A stretch of DNA of 64,000 nucleotides from Lama guanicoe (Eukaryota): positions 3,417,032 to 3,481,031 of the forward strand of contig MU054400.1 of NCBI GenBank assembly GCA_013239625.1, in the 5' to 3' direction. The notes under the pieces were generated by a model that did not search any database, was not told the origin of the DNA, and saw only the letters and a program-made list of their open reading frames with translations. The position numbers and the translations under genes are program-made. This document shows, piece by piece, positions 29,026 to 42,994 of this stretch (the stretch's first letter is position 1; the number at the start of each line of letters is the position of its first letter).

Positions 29026-29741
29026 CTTTGCACACCATAAGGCCTTTCCAGAATAGGCTCTCTGAACGGAGGAGGAATGTGACCAAAATAATCAGGGTAA
29101 GCCACCTCGGAATATTCCGGGACAGACTTTGTACTTTTCACAATCTCAATATAAAGGTCCGAGTCATGGAGTGTTGGTCCGTCAGGGACGTCGACGGGTG
29201 CCTGCTCCACGGATGAAGTCGACTCGGTGTCTTCATCATCCTCGGGTTCGACGCCAGTACAGCAAAGCTTGCCGAGCTGCACTGTTCTTCCCTCAAACAG
29301 GACGTTCCCACAGGAAGCCACGTGCGGACAGGCTTTATTGCATGTCAGGACGGTGACGGGGAGGCCGCAGTCCTTCTTCACTCCTGCGGCAAAGCCTGGG
29401 GCTGTTTGAGAAGGAACACTCTGCAGGGTAATTCGGTCCAAGGCCTTCACGATATCATTGTTCAAGCTGTGGACAGAGAGGGCAGTTCTGTTTTGATCAC
29501 CTAGCTGCTGCGGTAATGTTCTGTCACTCTCTTTAATGTCTTCTTTTGCCGGATCCACACAGGCAGGCTTCTTGTTATCCTCGTCCCCTTTAGGAGACAC
29601 GGTCGCCTTCGTTACAACCCCTTTTCTTAAACTGCCTGAATTCCCAGATGCTTCCTCTTCTGCCGTGGGAACAACAATAGGACCACGAACTTTCCCCTCA
29701 AATACAAAAGGCCTTGGTTCTTTGGAGATTAAATCATAGTC
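29026..29741 (-). CDS. AGTPBP1: AGTPBP1 large exon, 716 nt (DYDLISKEP...ERPYGVQ)
   Basis: Within the 248-aa ORF 29022..29768; AAG acceptor, GTGAGT donor. Confidence 0.98.
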
Positions 29742-30939
29742 CTTTGAAAATAAAAGAATATGATTCATCTTTTACATTAACAAAATTGTATATTAAAAAA
29801 AGTATTAACAAAATTAAGACATACTCGTTTTATATGCTGATTCGGAACTCTAAGATATGAAAATTTTAAAGATGGAAAAAACAGGTTATGTTTTAATTTT
29901 GCTAATAAAAGACAAAATGTTTAATTATCACAAAATTCATTACACTATTTTGCTTTTTCTATTGTAAGAATAATGCCTATACAAAATAGAAATCTGGGAA
30001 ATTTTAGAAACGTATTAAAACCATACAAAAAATCCTATTAAATGAACCACAACAGCTAATGTTATTCATCAATTCAACAAATATTTACTGTTGGTTTTAA
30101 GCCAAGCACTGTTTCAGGCACGTAAGATCCAGCAGTTAAAAACAAAACAAAACAAACAAAACAAAAACCCCACAACTCTTCCCTTTTGCAGCTTACATTC
30201 TACTATAGAAGGAAGGGAAAGGACCGTCAATACAAAAAGTAATAAACATGACCAAAAATATATTTTATGGAATGTTGGAAGGATAGAGAGTTATAGCAAA
30301 AAGAGGGAGAAAGGAGTAACATGGATTGGGAATGCCAGGGGGAGGAGATGTAGGTGGCAACGTTAAATGCCATTAATTACAGACAGGAGTCAGAGATGGT
30401 ACCAAAGTGTCTGCCTGAACAACTGAAACCCATCAGGGTTTAGCTCTGGAATGTTAAGTTGGAGCTAGTCATGTGCAGACAAGGACGTAAAGCAGGCAGC
30501 TGGGCATGTTTGTCTAGAATTCAGAAGAAAAGTCTATGCAGAAGATATAAATTGGACACTCACTCACATACAGACTCTATTCCCAGCCACGAGGCTGGAA
30601 ATTATGAGCAGAAAGAAATAAAGAAGAGGACAAAAGACTGTGCCTTGGGGTACAACAGTCCTAAGAGGTTGAGGAGATGAAAATGAAACAACAGGAGACA
30701 GACAAGGAAATGGAGAAGGAAGAGCCGGGCTGCAAGATGAAAGCCAGGAAGGAAAAGTGTCCTGCACGACACGTGAAAAACGGATGCTGCTAACAGATCA
30801 AGCAGTCTTTTCTCTTTTTATACTTTTAGATATCTTTTTGGTCTACAGAAAACTTTACCAAGGAAATAGACTGCAACTGATTTAGCCTTTATTCTACTGG
30901 TGGGCATTAAATCCTTTATAGAATAGTTGATTAAAACAA

Positions 30940-31990
30940 AGGTGAAAAAAATGAAATAAAAAACAATCCAAATGAAGGCAAGAAAAAGACACAAAGATAT
31001 ACAGATGAAACAAATGAAAATACAAAATAAGATCTCATAAATATAAATCCAAATATATGAAAAATTACATGGAAGTGAACTAAATGTTCCAGCAGTTAAA
31101 TGCAGAGACTCAGACTTGAGTTTTTAAAGTCCAGCTATATGCTGTTTAAAAGATAAACATCCAAGGATACCAAAAAGTTGATGAAGAGATTTAAAAAGAT
31201 ACCAGGCAAGTAACTAAAATTAATGTAACTGCATTAATATTATTTTAAAAACCTTTTCGCCTTAAAGCCATAGAGATAAAAACTAACTTCAATAAAAGGT
31301 TCACTTAATAAAAAAGAGAAGTCAATTTACATTTATGTACAATAAATGATAAAGCCTCCAAAAATATGTAACAAAAACTGACAAACCTGCAAAAACAAAC
31401 ATATTTGCAATCATGGTTGAGAAATTTTTAATATGCTTTTCTCAGTAACTGACAGCATAGAAATAAAAATCCATAAAGACAGAAAAGAACTTCTCAGCAC
31501 AATTAATAATCTTGTCCTATTAGGCGAACATACAGCTGTGCTTAACTGCAGAAGAGTTCTCTTCCGGGACACAAAGGCAAAAACAAAAGTTGACCATATT
31601 CAAAAGCCGTAAGACTCAAAAATTTCAAAAGATTATAATCATACAGATTATGTCCTCTCAGCCTACATGCTAGAAATCAATTAAAAGATAAATGAAAACT
31701 GGAAATTAAAAAGCAAACTTTGACATCACCGAGGACTCAAAGGAAAAAAATCATCATGGAAATAGGGCTTCAAAACAAACAGTGAAAGCATTAAATATCA
31801 AAACTTGTGTGATGCAAGCAAAACAGTAATTAGAGGGAAATTTGCAGCTTAAAAAGAGAAATATTGGAAAAGAAGAATGGCTGAAAATTGCGTGGCCTAT
31901 CTTAAGACGATAATATAAAAAAAAAAGAGAGAGAAAGAATGAAAGCAGGAAAAAATCAAGACATGGCGCTGTAAACATATCATTTAGAAA
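30940..31990 (+). mobile_element. Old L1 ORF2 endonuclease-region remnant
   Basis: ccagctatatgctgttta, tctcagtaactgacag, tagagggaaatttgcagcttaaa motifs. Confidence 0.6.
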
Positions 31991-34631
31991 TACAGGGATT
32001 AACTTCAAAAACATCCTGAAAGTTGACTGCAGGAAACAGCAGGTGGGAAGGGAACTACAGCTTTTCCTTTAAACTATGTAAATGATTAAACTATGTAAAA
32101 CTGACTCCTTCAACTCTGTCCATGCATAACTTTAATAAAAAGCCAAATTAAAAAGAGGGGGAAAAAAACATAAAAGTCCATAAGGTTAGTGTCATCATGC
32201 TACCACAGATGTACGAAAAAAAGAGCCGTGAAAATGCAGAATTTTGACACTTCGAATATCTGCTCTCAAGAAACAAAAGCAACTAAAACTATAATTGTCA
32301 CTGTCACATCTGTCATAATCATAGTTTTAAAAGCATGTGTTAAGGTCCTCTCAGAAAGTCTGTTGATAATTACTTTAACAATTCCTTATGTTGCCTTCAA
32401 ATGCACTCATTTTGCCGCCATCTGGCCATTGGTTAGTAGCTTTAACACATCTGGAAACAAAGTGGGTTGGTGTTCAGGATACAAACACACTCATCAAGTA
32501 ACTGTGAGCTTCAGCGGTTGACGCTGAAGGTGACATGTAAATCCAAGTGGAAAAAAGTCATATTCAAAATTAATTTTATTTATGTTTAATATCTCATAGT
32601 CTGCCTGTATTTTGATATGATGATGGCTGGAAAAAATTCTTCCAAACACTTCCTATTTAGAACCAACCAGTATTTTTAATTCTCAAAAGTATATCACTTA
32701 AATATCGCTGCCTATATATACTTCCAACACACTTCAAAAAATAAGAGACTAAATAAAGTATTTGAATAGTTCATTCTCTGAAACTTAAAAATAAGGAAGA
32801 GTGTCAACACAATGACTTTAGAAATGATGTTCCAATTATGTACATAAAAGACAATGTGCTATTTCCCATAACATATGCTATTACAGAGCTAACTCTTCAA
32901 CTTTAAACTTTGTGGCAAAAGAAAGAATGCATTAATAAATACGTACTGTCTGAAATACCTGAAGGAACTCTTTTTGCTTAAGCACAATAAAAAGGGGCAC
33001 TCACCTGGGGACACTTTTCAGAGCTCTTACACTCAGACACACCTGTCTCTACCATCTGATGCCAAGTCAGCCAGAAGTAGGAGCCTGTTCTAGGAGGAGC
33101 CAAACTAAAGGACAAGTTAGCCAGCTGTTCAAAGGTGCCGAGCAGGAAACCATCAAGGGTACCCTGTTCTGGGTGACGAACTAACAGGCAAGCATACAAG
33201 AGCTCATCATCACAGTCTACAAGAAAGAACTGACCTGTGAAAGAATGAGAATCAAAATCCTGGCCTTGACATCTATTAAAAACCTACTCTTCTCCATCCC
33301 CACTTCAAAACTCCTACAGTTCTTAATCACATTATATAATTCTCATTTGTACACAAATACTGAAGAAAACAGTGAGTTCTCCACACAATAATCAATGCCT
33401 TTTCCAAATCCCTTCCACAGTATTTTTTTCTAATTTGAATCAGCAGTATTTGTTACCTCTGGGGTTTTATTTTTAAATAGGTCTTAGCTTGGCACAAAAG
33501 TGTTACAGGAACAGCCAGATACTTTCTGAAGGTTGCATGAAAGAAAATCACCCTGTATCCTTCTCCAATGCCTCTGCCTACCTGCTGCTTTTTCTTTTTG
33601 ACAAACACCCGCTCCTTCATTCCTGCCCTCTTTCTACTATCCCTGATTTCAGCACACCTTCCAACACACCCCAGATCTATGGGGAGTACCAAGACACTGG
33701 GGGGACGGGAGAGGGGGCAACCTGCTGCTTCTACTGCATCCAAAGCTCATAAGATCCTAAAGAGAGACCTGAATAATCAGAACTGTGAAATGTAAACATT
33801 CGCCAGCAAGTATTTCTCTATTTGTATTTCTCACATATAGCTTCACATTAAAGTCTTTTGCTTTAAGCAACTAGGAATTAAGTATATAGAACTTGGGGGG
33901 GGAACGGGGGCTTGCAGCAAGAGCTAAATAAACCTGAGATTATCTGGTCCAAACCCTTTATTTTAGACCTTAAGATCCTGGATAGCTTCAGGGACTTATT
34001 CAAGGATCCCCGAAAAGTGAGCAGCAGAGTGAGAGGGGGAAACTAGATCTACTACTTGCCATCAATTCACTTTACTTGCTGGGTAATCAAGCTGAAAAAT
34101 TACACTCTAGGAAACAGACGAAGGTAAAAAAATGTTAACAAGAAGTCACTCTCCTCCTGAAGCGACTAAGATTTAAAGACTTCAAGTTGTCCTCCACTTT
34201 CCCCGACACTCCGTGATTATACGGTGATTCTCAGAACAAATAAATCCTCGTGTATAGGCAACACTTCTAATTCAGCACTTTCTCAGCTCTCGTCTCCCCT
34301 TAGCTGAATGCAATGGATAAAAAGAAGGCTTTAACTTGAGTCTGAAATGCCATTTTAAAGATTATTTTTTAAAAAGAGTAAAAACCTATATCAACTAAAG
34401 TGATAAACGAAAATGATGAAAAAATAAAAGGCGAGTCCAAAAATTAAATGACCTTGTCCCCTCATTTTACAGATAAGCAATTTACAGCTCAGAATGTTGA
34501 AGTAATTGTCTAGTCTCACTCAGAAAAGCAACACTACCTCCATTTTTAAGACATGAAAACAGTGATTATAGGTCTGGGGAAAAAAGAACACTTTCTTAAA
34601 ATGAGTTAAGATGCTGAATTTTCTATATTTA

Positions 34632-34880
<249 letters not shown>

Positions 34881-35154
34881 TTAATTTCATTGTAAGTTAA
34901 AATTTGCTTGCATTTTTTTTTTGGTTGTTGTATTGTTATTTTGGTTGTTTTGTTGTGTTGTGTTTTTGTCAAAGGTTATTCTAATATAACATGGTATCCG
35001 GGCTCCTCAAGATAGAAAAACTAACACTAAGATTAAAACTAAAGAGCACTCCCCTCAATCTCCCTGTCGTTATCTTGCACATACTAAAGGGCAGTAAAAC
35101 TTAATAAAGCTAAATTGAAAAACATAAGTATGTGATGGCAGCGGTGATAATCAA

Positions 35155-35380
35155 AATAACTTTTACTGAGCAATGAAAATATGTGAGGCACTATGCTAAG
35201 GATTTTACCTGTATCATCTTACTTAATCTACATAAGAATACTATGAAGTAGACAGTATCATTACCTCCACTTAATCGAAGAGGAAACTGAGGAACAGAGA
35301 GGTTAAGTGGCTTGCAAAGAGAGGAGCCAGAATGTAAAACTAATGAGTGATTCTAAAGCACGCACTCAACATAATGCGCT
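35155..35380 (-). mobile_element. MIR SINE
   Basis: gaggaaactgaggaacagagaggttaagtggcttgc core. Confidence 0.75.
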
Positions 35381-36526
35381 GCCTGCCTCAAGGGAGGCTA
35401 ATGGTGATCACGCGCCCTTACGTTCCATGGTCAGTAAAGTTCCCTTAGAAAAACCCAGCATCACCATTCACTCTGTTTTTCAGGGGAAAAAAAAAATTGA
35501 GAAGTGAAACAATGGCCAGAAATGATGTCCATGTCCCTTTGGGGAAAAAAAAGGGGGGTAAATTTAAAGAAACAGGACCTCAGAGAAACAGGACAGGTAT
35601 GCGGGATCAATTTGATCTGTATCTGCTCAAAGCGCTGATGCGCACTGTGAAGGAAAGGCAAGTGTCAGTTTACCTACAGTCCAAGCTGCTCTCTAGGACC
35701 CTCAACAGCTCTGGCCTCACACAAACAAAAACCCATCATTACCTTCCCTGATGGCTAGAGAGATAAGACAACTTACTAATTTTCAATGGGTAGTCAATTT
35801 TAATTTTACATTTATCTTAATATCAGCTTAAAGTACTTATTTTTCAGCCTTAAATTTATTCTACTAAGCTTCAATCCTTAAAATGTCTTATATACATGTA
35901 TCTGATATTTATATATTGTAATATTAATTTGTCATAATTATTGTCAAGTAATTTTAAAAGGAAAATATTATGTATTTCTCATTTTTCATATTCAGCAATT
36001 TAGCTCTTATTTCTTCAACCAATAGAAAGATTTTCTCCATTGCCATAAAAATAGACTGGTTTTATTTAGAGTATCTTATTAAATACTGTATCGTTGTGTA
36101 ATTATTATTACATAAATATATAATTTCATATATCCTTAAATTATGTATTAATGAACCCAAAATATGTAATTTTCTTGATTAGCATGTATTAAAGCGGATA
36201 ATGCTTTCAAAATAACAAAAACATTTTCAAATGTATTCCTTTCTCTAAACATACTAGTTCAATATTCAATATTATTTTATGAAACTATATGCAGCTTTAC
36301 ACAGTGGCTATTTAAAAATTTTTAAATATTAAAAAATAATATTTAGTATTGCACAGTGGTGAAGAAAGCAAACATTCACATCAGACTGCTTTATTCTGAA
36401 TCTTGGCCCCACCTCTTACAAGCTACACTGATAACCTTTCTGTGCCTGTTTTCTATCAGCCCTGTAAAGCAGAGGTAACACCACCACCTACCTCACAGAA
36501 TCACTGTGAGGATTTAATGGTTACTA

Positions 36527-36975
36527 CAGGCATGCCAAGGTTCAGTTGCAGACCACCGCAATTAAGCGAATGTCACAATAAAGCGAGTCAGATGAATTCT
36601 GGTTTCCCAGTGTATGTAAAAGTCATGTTTACACTACACTGTAGTCTATCAAGTATGCAATGGCATTATGTCTAAAAAAATGTAAATACCTTAGTTAAAA
36701 AATATTGATAAAAAAATGCCAAGACAATTACAATAGTATCATCAAAGATCACTGGTCACAGATCACCATAACAAATGTATTCATAATGAAAAAGCTTGAA
36801 ATATTGTGATAATTAACCAAAATGTGACACAGAGACATATAGTCAGCAAACGCTGTTGGAAAAATAGCACCGACAGACTTGCTCAATGCAGGGCGGCCAT
36901 AGACCTTCAATTTGTTAAAAACGCAGTATCTGCAAAGCACAGGAAAGCAAAGTGCAATAAAACAAGGTCTGCCTG
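36527..36975 (-). mobile_element. Internally deleted Tigger1 derivative inserted in a MIR (36350-37050)
   Basis: TIRs CAGGCA...TGCCTG with TA on the left; both Tigger1 ends recognisable; MIR halves on each side. Confidence 0.85.
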
Positions 36976-37372
36976 CATATGTGAAGTGCATGGACTGGCA
37001 TAGGATTAAGTGTTCCATAAATTCAACCTATTATTTTTTCTTATTATTATAACTGTGGTGTTAAGGTAAATGGGGAATATGTGAGCAATCTCAAAAACCC
37101 CAATAAATAAGGTTACCAACATTCGCATTTTTTATAGATATGAATGTCATAAAAGACAAAAAAATCTGTAGAAATGTTCTAAATTAAAGGAAACTTAAGA
37201 GACAAGGTAATTAAATGCAATGCCTGATGCTAGATCCTATACTGAAGAGGGGGAAAAAGCCATATAAAGGACATTATCAGATCAACTGGCAGAATGGAAT
37301 GTGGATGGCAGATGAGATAGAAATGGTGCAGCACTACAGACTTATCAAGCTGATAAGTTATCTAAGAGAGTA

Positions 37373-37650
37373 CAGTCAGTCCTTTGTATCTGCAGGTTCC
37401 ACGTCTTCAGATTCAACCAACCACGGGTTGGAAATAGTAAAATATTAAAAAAAAAATTCCAAAAAGTTTCAAAAAGCAAAACTTGAATTTGCGGCATGCT
37501 AGCAACTATTTACATGGCATTTACAACTATTTACATAACATTTATATGTTTTAGGTATTCTAAGTAACCTGGAGATGGATGACTGAAAATATATGGGAGG
37601 ATGTGTGTAGGTTATGTGCAAATTTTATGTCATTTTATATAAGGAACTTT
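37373..37650 (+). mobile_element. MER2-like Tigger MITE, truncated
   Basis: TA-cagtcagtcctttgtatctgcaggttccac...caaaaagcaaaacttgaatttgc. Confidence 0.75.
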
Positions 37651-38078
37651 GCAATTCAGTAACGATTTTTGTCCATTTCCTTCTCCAATTAACTAAAACC
37701 TAAGAATCATTACGTAAACACTAATTCTTACCAAAAAGCCATCAGTTCTAAGATGATTTCCCCACCATTTTTGTGTCCCCAAAAGACTGCTGAAAGAGGA
37801 AAAGGTTGCCACTTCAGAGTCTCAAACCACTTCCCTTCAAACTGAGATTTCCTTAGACTTTAAAATCTAAGTTAGAAAAGTTAGACAAAGTCTTCCCGGT
37901 CAGAGGCCCTTTTCAGACCAGTGCAATCAAAGCAACATTATTTTCCCTTTCAGTAGCTTAGTATCCATGGTCATCCATGATAAAAAGATGTGGGCAAGAC
38001 AAATTAATCTACCAATAGCTGTATCTATTTACCCAATCCTTGTTTTACAACTGTGTGTACAATTTATAAAGTTGACTA

Positions 38079-38225
<147 letters not shown>

Positions 38226-39361
38226 TCAGAGGGAAGCACTCTACAACATGCACATCCAAAGGCAGAATGTCATACATAACACTGGAATTTCAATCACCAA
38301 AGGTAAAGTAAATGAAATTTCCTTATAAAAAATGCCTCTAAGGTTGTCCCAGGTGCTGAAAAACCTATGAGATAAAGTGAGAGTGCTTTAAAATTTGGGA
38401 AAGCACTCTAAAAATGCATGGTTTTTTTTTTTTACTAATGTTGTCAAGTTTCTAAAAATTAATAATGTCTTATGTTACAACAGCCTGTATAAAACACCTT
38501 GTTTCCTATTTTATGATAAATTTCAATAACGCCTTTTACTCCCCCTTACAACTCATTTTCCATTTATTTCATGTACTGTGTTGTGTGCTGGGAATTTTTT
38601 AAAAGACGTGTAAATATATTCCCTGCCCTCAGGGAGCTCATGAAGTTAATGAGAGAAAAGAGCAACAATATAAAAGATATACATTAATGAAGGCGCACAG
38701 CATACTTAAAATGCTATGGGAAAACAAGGAGTGGAATCAATCATTGCAAACTGCTTGGGGCCAAGCTTATAAGTGATTACTTCACAAAACAGGTAATAAT
38801 TAAGCAGGATCCTGAAGAAAAATATAGCAGCTTCCTGGATAAACATATGAGTGTGTGAGTGTGGCTTTTAAGAAGAGGAAATGATAATGTGAAAATAAAG
38901 ACTTGAGATGATGTCTTTGGAAAATGGTAAGTTAATCCTGGCTTGTGTGCTTGAAAAAGTACTAAGAGAAACAAATAAAAATGAGAAAATGAAGGGTATG
39001 CTAGGCCACAGAGTTTAGGTGTTTAAGCTATGGGAGATAAGTACTGGGGATTTTCAAGAGGAGAACGGTTTAACTAACGTTTTTCAAACGATCACTCTGG
39101 CAGGTGTGAGAAAGGAAGCATATATGTGGAGGGGGACAAATTAATAGAGGAAAAGACAGTAACTGTCTGGACCAACACAGCAGTAATGGGGACAAAGAAC
39201 GAATATGCATCAGAGAAATACTCCGTGAAAGGCCACGAGGGCTATGGATGTGGAGGACACAAGGAAAGAACAGAAGTGCACTCTGAGGGTACTCATGTAA
39301 GTAATGAGCGCATTAAAACAAAGAAGAGGATATTTTTAAAGACTATTTTCCTAAACCTTTA

Positions 39362-42300
39362 TTTTTTTACTCTATTAAGAGGAGTAATTGACAAACACAT
39401 ATTGAAAGTCTACAATGTGATAATTTGATATATATTGTAAAATGATTACCAAGATGAAGATAATTAACAGATCCATCACCTCACATAGTACTGTGAGCAC
39501 ATTGTGTGTGTGTGTGTGCGTGCATGTGGGGAAAATTCTTAAGCTTTACTCTTGGAAACTTTCAAGTACACAATACAGTATTATTAACTATACTCACCAT
39601 GCTGTACTACAGATCCTCAGAACTTAATCTTCCTAAAACTGAAGATCTATATGCCCTTTGATCTCATCACCCTCCCTATTTAGCATTCTCCCAATCCTTG
39701 GAATCCAATGTTCTGTTTCTATGAAATCCAATATTTTTCTTCAAAGATTCTACATGTAAGTGATACCATACAGAATTTGTCTTTCTCTGGCACGCTTCGC
39801 TTATCATACTGCCATAATGGCCTCCAGATTCACCCGTGTTGTCGCAAATAGTTGCATTTCCTTTTTTTATTGGCTGAATTTTATACCCATGGGTGCCTCA
39901 GCTCAGAGACGGAGTGGCTCAGTGGACTCCACCTTCAGCAATGCAAATACTCCTGGATTTACAAAAGAATTCACCACAGAATTCTTTCAGGTTCCAAGCT
40001 CTCTTAGCATGTCTGTGGTTATTTCACTTACGCACAACTCTTCAGGAGCTTCTGTGTTGTTTAAAGCAGGATATATCTATGTCTCCATGAATCGTCCTGT
40101 TCAAGCACTTGTCAGGGCTCCCACACAGTTATTTATTTTGCCCTGGTTGATCCTGTTTTTTGCTGCCATTGGTATGAAACACCCAGCTGTGGCTCATACA
40201 GCTGTCCCATCATTCAGTTACAACTTGTAAACCAGTGAGTCCCAATCTTGTTCAAGTTACGACATTTAACCATTGATTTGATAAATTTATTTGATTTTAT
40301 ATATATATCATATATATGAGAATATATATTAGAATCACTGTTCCTTTACCCATTCATCCATGGAAGGACATTAAGGTAGTTTCCAAATGTTGAGCATGCA
40401 GAGATCTCTTTAAAATGATGATTTTTGATTCCTTTGGAATATATACCCAGGAGTGGGTTTGCTGGTACGACAGTTCTGTTTTTAAATGTTTGAGGAACCT
40501 CCCTGCTCTTTCCCATACTAGCTGTACCATTTTATATCCCCACCAAAAAGTGTATAACGGTTCTGGTTTCTCCAAATCCTTGCTATTTGCTGTCTCATCT
40601 TTTTGATAATAGCCATTCTAACAGGTGTAAGGTGGTATCTCGTGATTTGCTTTGCAATTCCCTGATGATTAGTGATGTATACCATCTATTATACACCTAC
40701 TGACGATTTGTACATCATTCTTTGGGAAACTCTGCATGCAGAAACTTATTTGTAAGTACTTTGTTGTTTTTGATGCTTCTATAATGGGACTGCTTTGTTA
40801 ACGTCTCTTTCAGACAGTTCATTATTAGTGTATACAAATGCAACTGATGGTTTGTATATTGATTTCATATCCTGTAACTGTACTTTATTCATTTATTAGT
40901 TCCAACAGTTATTGGTAGAGATGTTATAGCTTTCTGTATGTAAGATCATGTCATCTGCAAACAGAGATAATTTCACTTCTTCCTTTCTGATTTGGATGGC
41001 TTTTGTGTCTATTTCTGGCCTAACTGCTACAGCTAGAATATCCAGCATTATGCCAATAGAACTGGTGAGAGTGGACATTCAGCTTTTGTTTTTCTGGGGA
41101 AGTCTTTCTCTCTCTTTCATTTCTAAAGGACAACTTTGATGGGTAAAGTAATCTTGATAGATATTATTTTTTGTTTGAGCAATTTGAACACTTCATCCCA
41201 CTCTCTCCTGGCCTGCAAGGTTTCTGCTGAGAAATCTCCTAGTAGGCTTATCAGGATTACCTTGCAGGTAACTAGTCTTTTTTCTCTAGCTGCTTTCAAA
41301 ATCCTCCCTTTGCCTTTGATTTTTAAGAGCTTGATTATAAATGTCTTGGTGAAGATCTCTTTGGGATGAATCTCTTCGGAGATCTTTGAGACAGCCATAT
41401 ATCTCCCCACATTTGGTAAGTTTACAACCATTATTTCTTTAAATAAGTTTTCTGTTCCTTTCTCTCTTCTCCTTCTGAGACTCCCATTATACAGAAGTTG
41501 TTTCATTTGATGGTGTTCCATTATTCACATAGGCTTTCTTCACTCTTTTTCATTCTAGACTTTTTTTCTCTGACTGGAAATCTGCCTTCAAGTTCACAGC
41601 TTCTTTCTTCTGCTTGACTGAGCTTGATATCGAAGTTCTCTACTGCATGTTTCATTTCATTCATTGTATTCTTCAGGTCCAGAATTTGTCTGGTTCTTTT
41701 TATAACTTCCTTCCCTTCACTGAACTTCTCATTTTGTTCATGTATTGCTTTCCTAGGTTCATTGAGTTATTTGTCTTCTCTACAATCATCTGAGCTTCCT
41801 TAAAATAATTATACTGAATTCTTCTTCAGGTAACTCACAGATCTCTCTTTCTCTAAGTTCAGCTATTGAAAAGTTACTGTGTTTTTGGCAGTGTCACGTG
41901 TCCCTGCTTTTCCATGTTTCTTCTGGTAGTTCTGCACTGATGTCTGCGCATTGGAGGATGCAGTCAACTCTTCCAGCCTTTCAGGACTAGCTTGGGAAGG
42001 GAACGACTTTCACCTGAAGATAACTGTGAGTAGTATGAAGCCTCTGCTTCCTGGGAAGGCACAGTGGTGGTGTCTTTATGCAGCTCCACCAGCTGAGGTC
42101 AACATCAGCACTGACCATAGGGGTCTTCTGTGGCCAATACTATGGACGTCCTTAGGTGGCAGGGCTGGCTATGGCAATTGGGATCCTCAGAGGCAAAAAG
42201 ATGCTGGGGTCTTCCTGTACTCCTTTTTTTTTTTTTTTTTTTGTCTTTGGAGGAATCTGCATACTGTTTTCCACAGTGGCCGCACCAAACTACATTCCCA

Positions 42301-42994
42301 CCAACAGTGTAGGAGTAGAGTAAGTTCTAGACAAAGGGATCCCTCTTGGCACATGGTCTGAATGCTGGCACTCAGAGCAGTGACAGAGCCAGCCAGGGTC
42401 CTACAATCAGGTACCTATGGAACTACCTACCGCAATGCCTGGGTTGCTGCAGCAGTTGCACTGGTGTCTAAGGTGCAAGACTATGCAGATCTCTCATGGA
42501 AATGAGGTATGGAGCTCTGGGGCTCGCTGTAGTGACTCCAACTGGGGGAATATGCTGCAGCAGCATAAGCCCACAGCAATAGCGCCATCCTCAAAAGGTA
42601 AATGCAGCAGGCAGGACTCCAAGCTGCTCTGTCAGCTCTGAATTTGCTCTGGTGGAGACCTGGGAGACCTCAGCAACAAAGACTATAAACACCCACAACA
42701 GTGAGCCTCGCTAGGGTTCTCCTGCTCTCCTTTTCTAGTGAGGGAAACCCTCCTGGTGCCAGGCTGCTCTGGACTAGGGGATGGGGTGATGGCAATGAAA
42801 CACTTCCTGTATTTTTCTACATGGCCAACCAACAGTTTTGAGCTCTGCAGAGTTTCTGATATTTCTTCAATGAAGTCCAGCGCTACCCCTGAGATATTTT
42901 CATCAGTTGGTAGTTGGTTATTTATTGTTTTTGCTGTATTTGCAGGGGAGATGAGCAATGGGACCTCTCACCCCTCCATCTTACTGATGTCACC
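39362..42994 (-). mobile_element. L1 retaining 5' end, ORF1 and 3' UTR but with two large ORF2 deletions
   Basis: 5' end GGTGACATCAGTAAGATGG; ORF1 peptide RILKAAREKRLVT; RT peptide KEEVKLSLFADDMIL; diverged TSD-like flanks. Confidence 0.85.

Noticed and set aside
29028..29739. Several plus-strand ORFs
   Set aside because: Antisense shadows of the AGTPBP1 large exon
32068..32100. Short tandem duplication ttaaactatgtaaa x2 (similar case cttgtcacatttc x2 at 57302-57331)
   Set aside because: Ordinary slippage duplications
41123..41521. 132-aa minus-strand ORF
   Set aside because: Degenerate L1 ORF1
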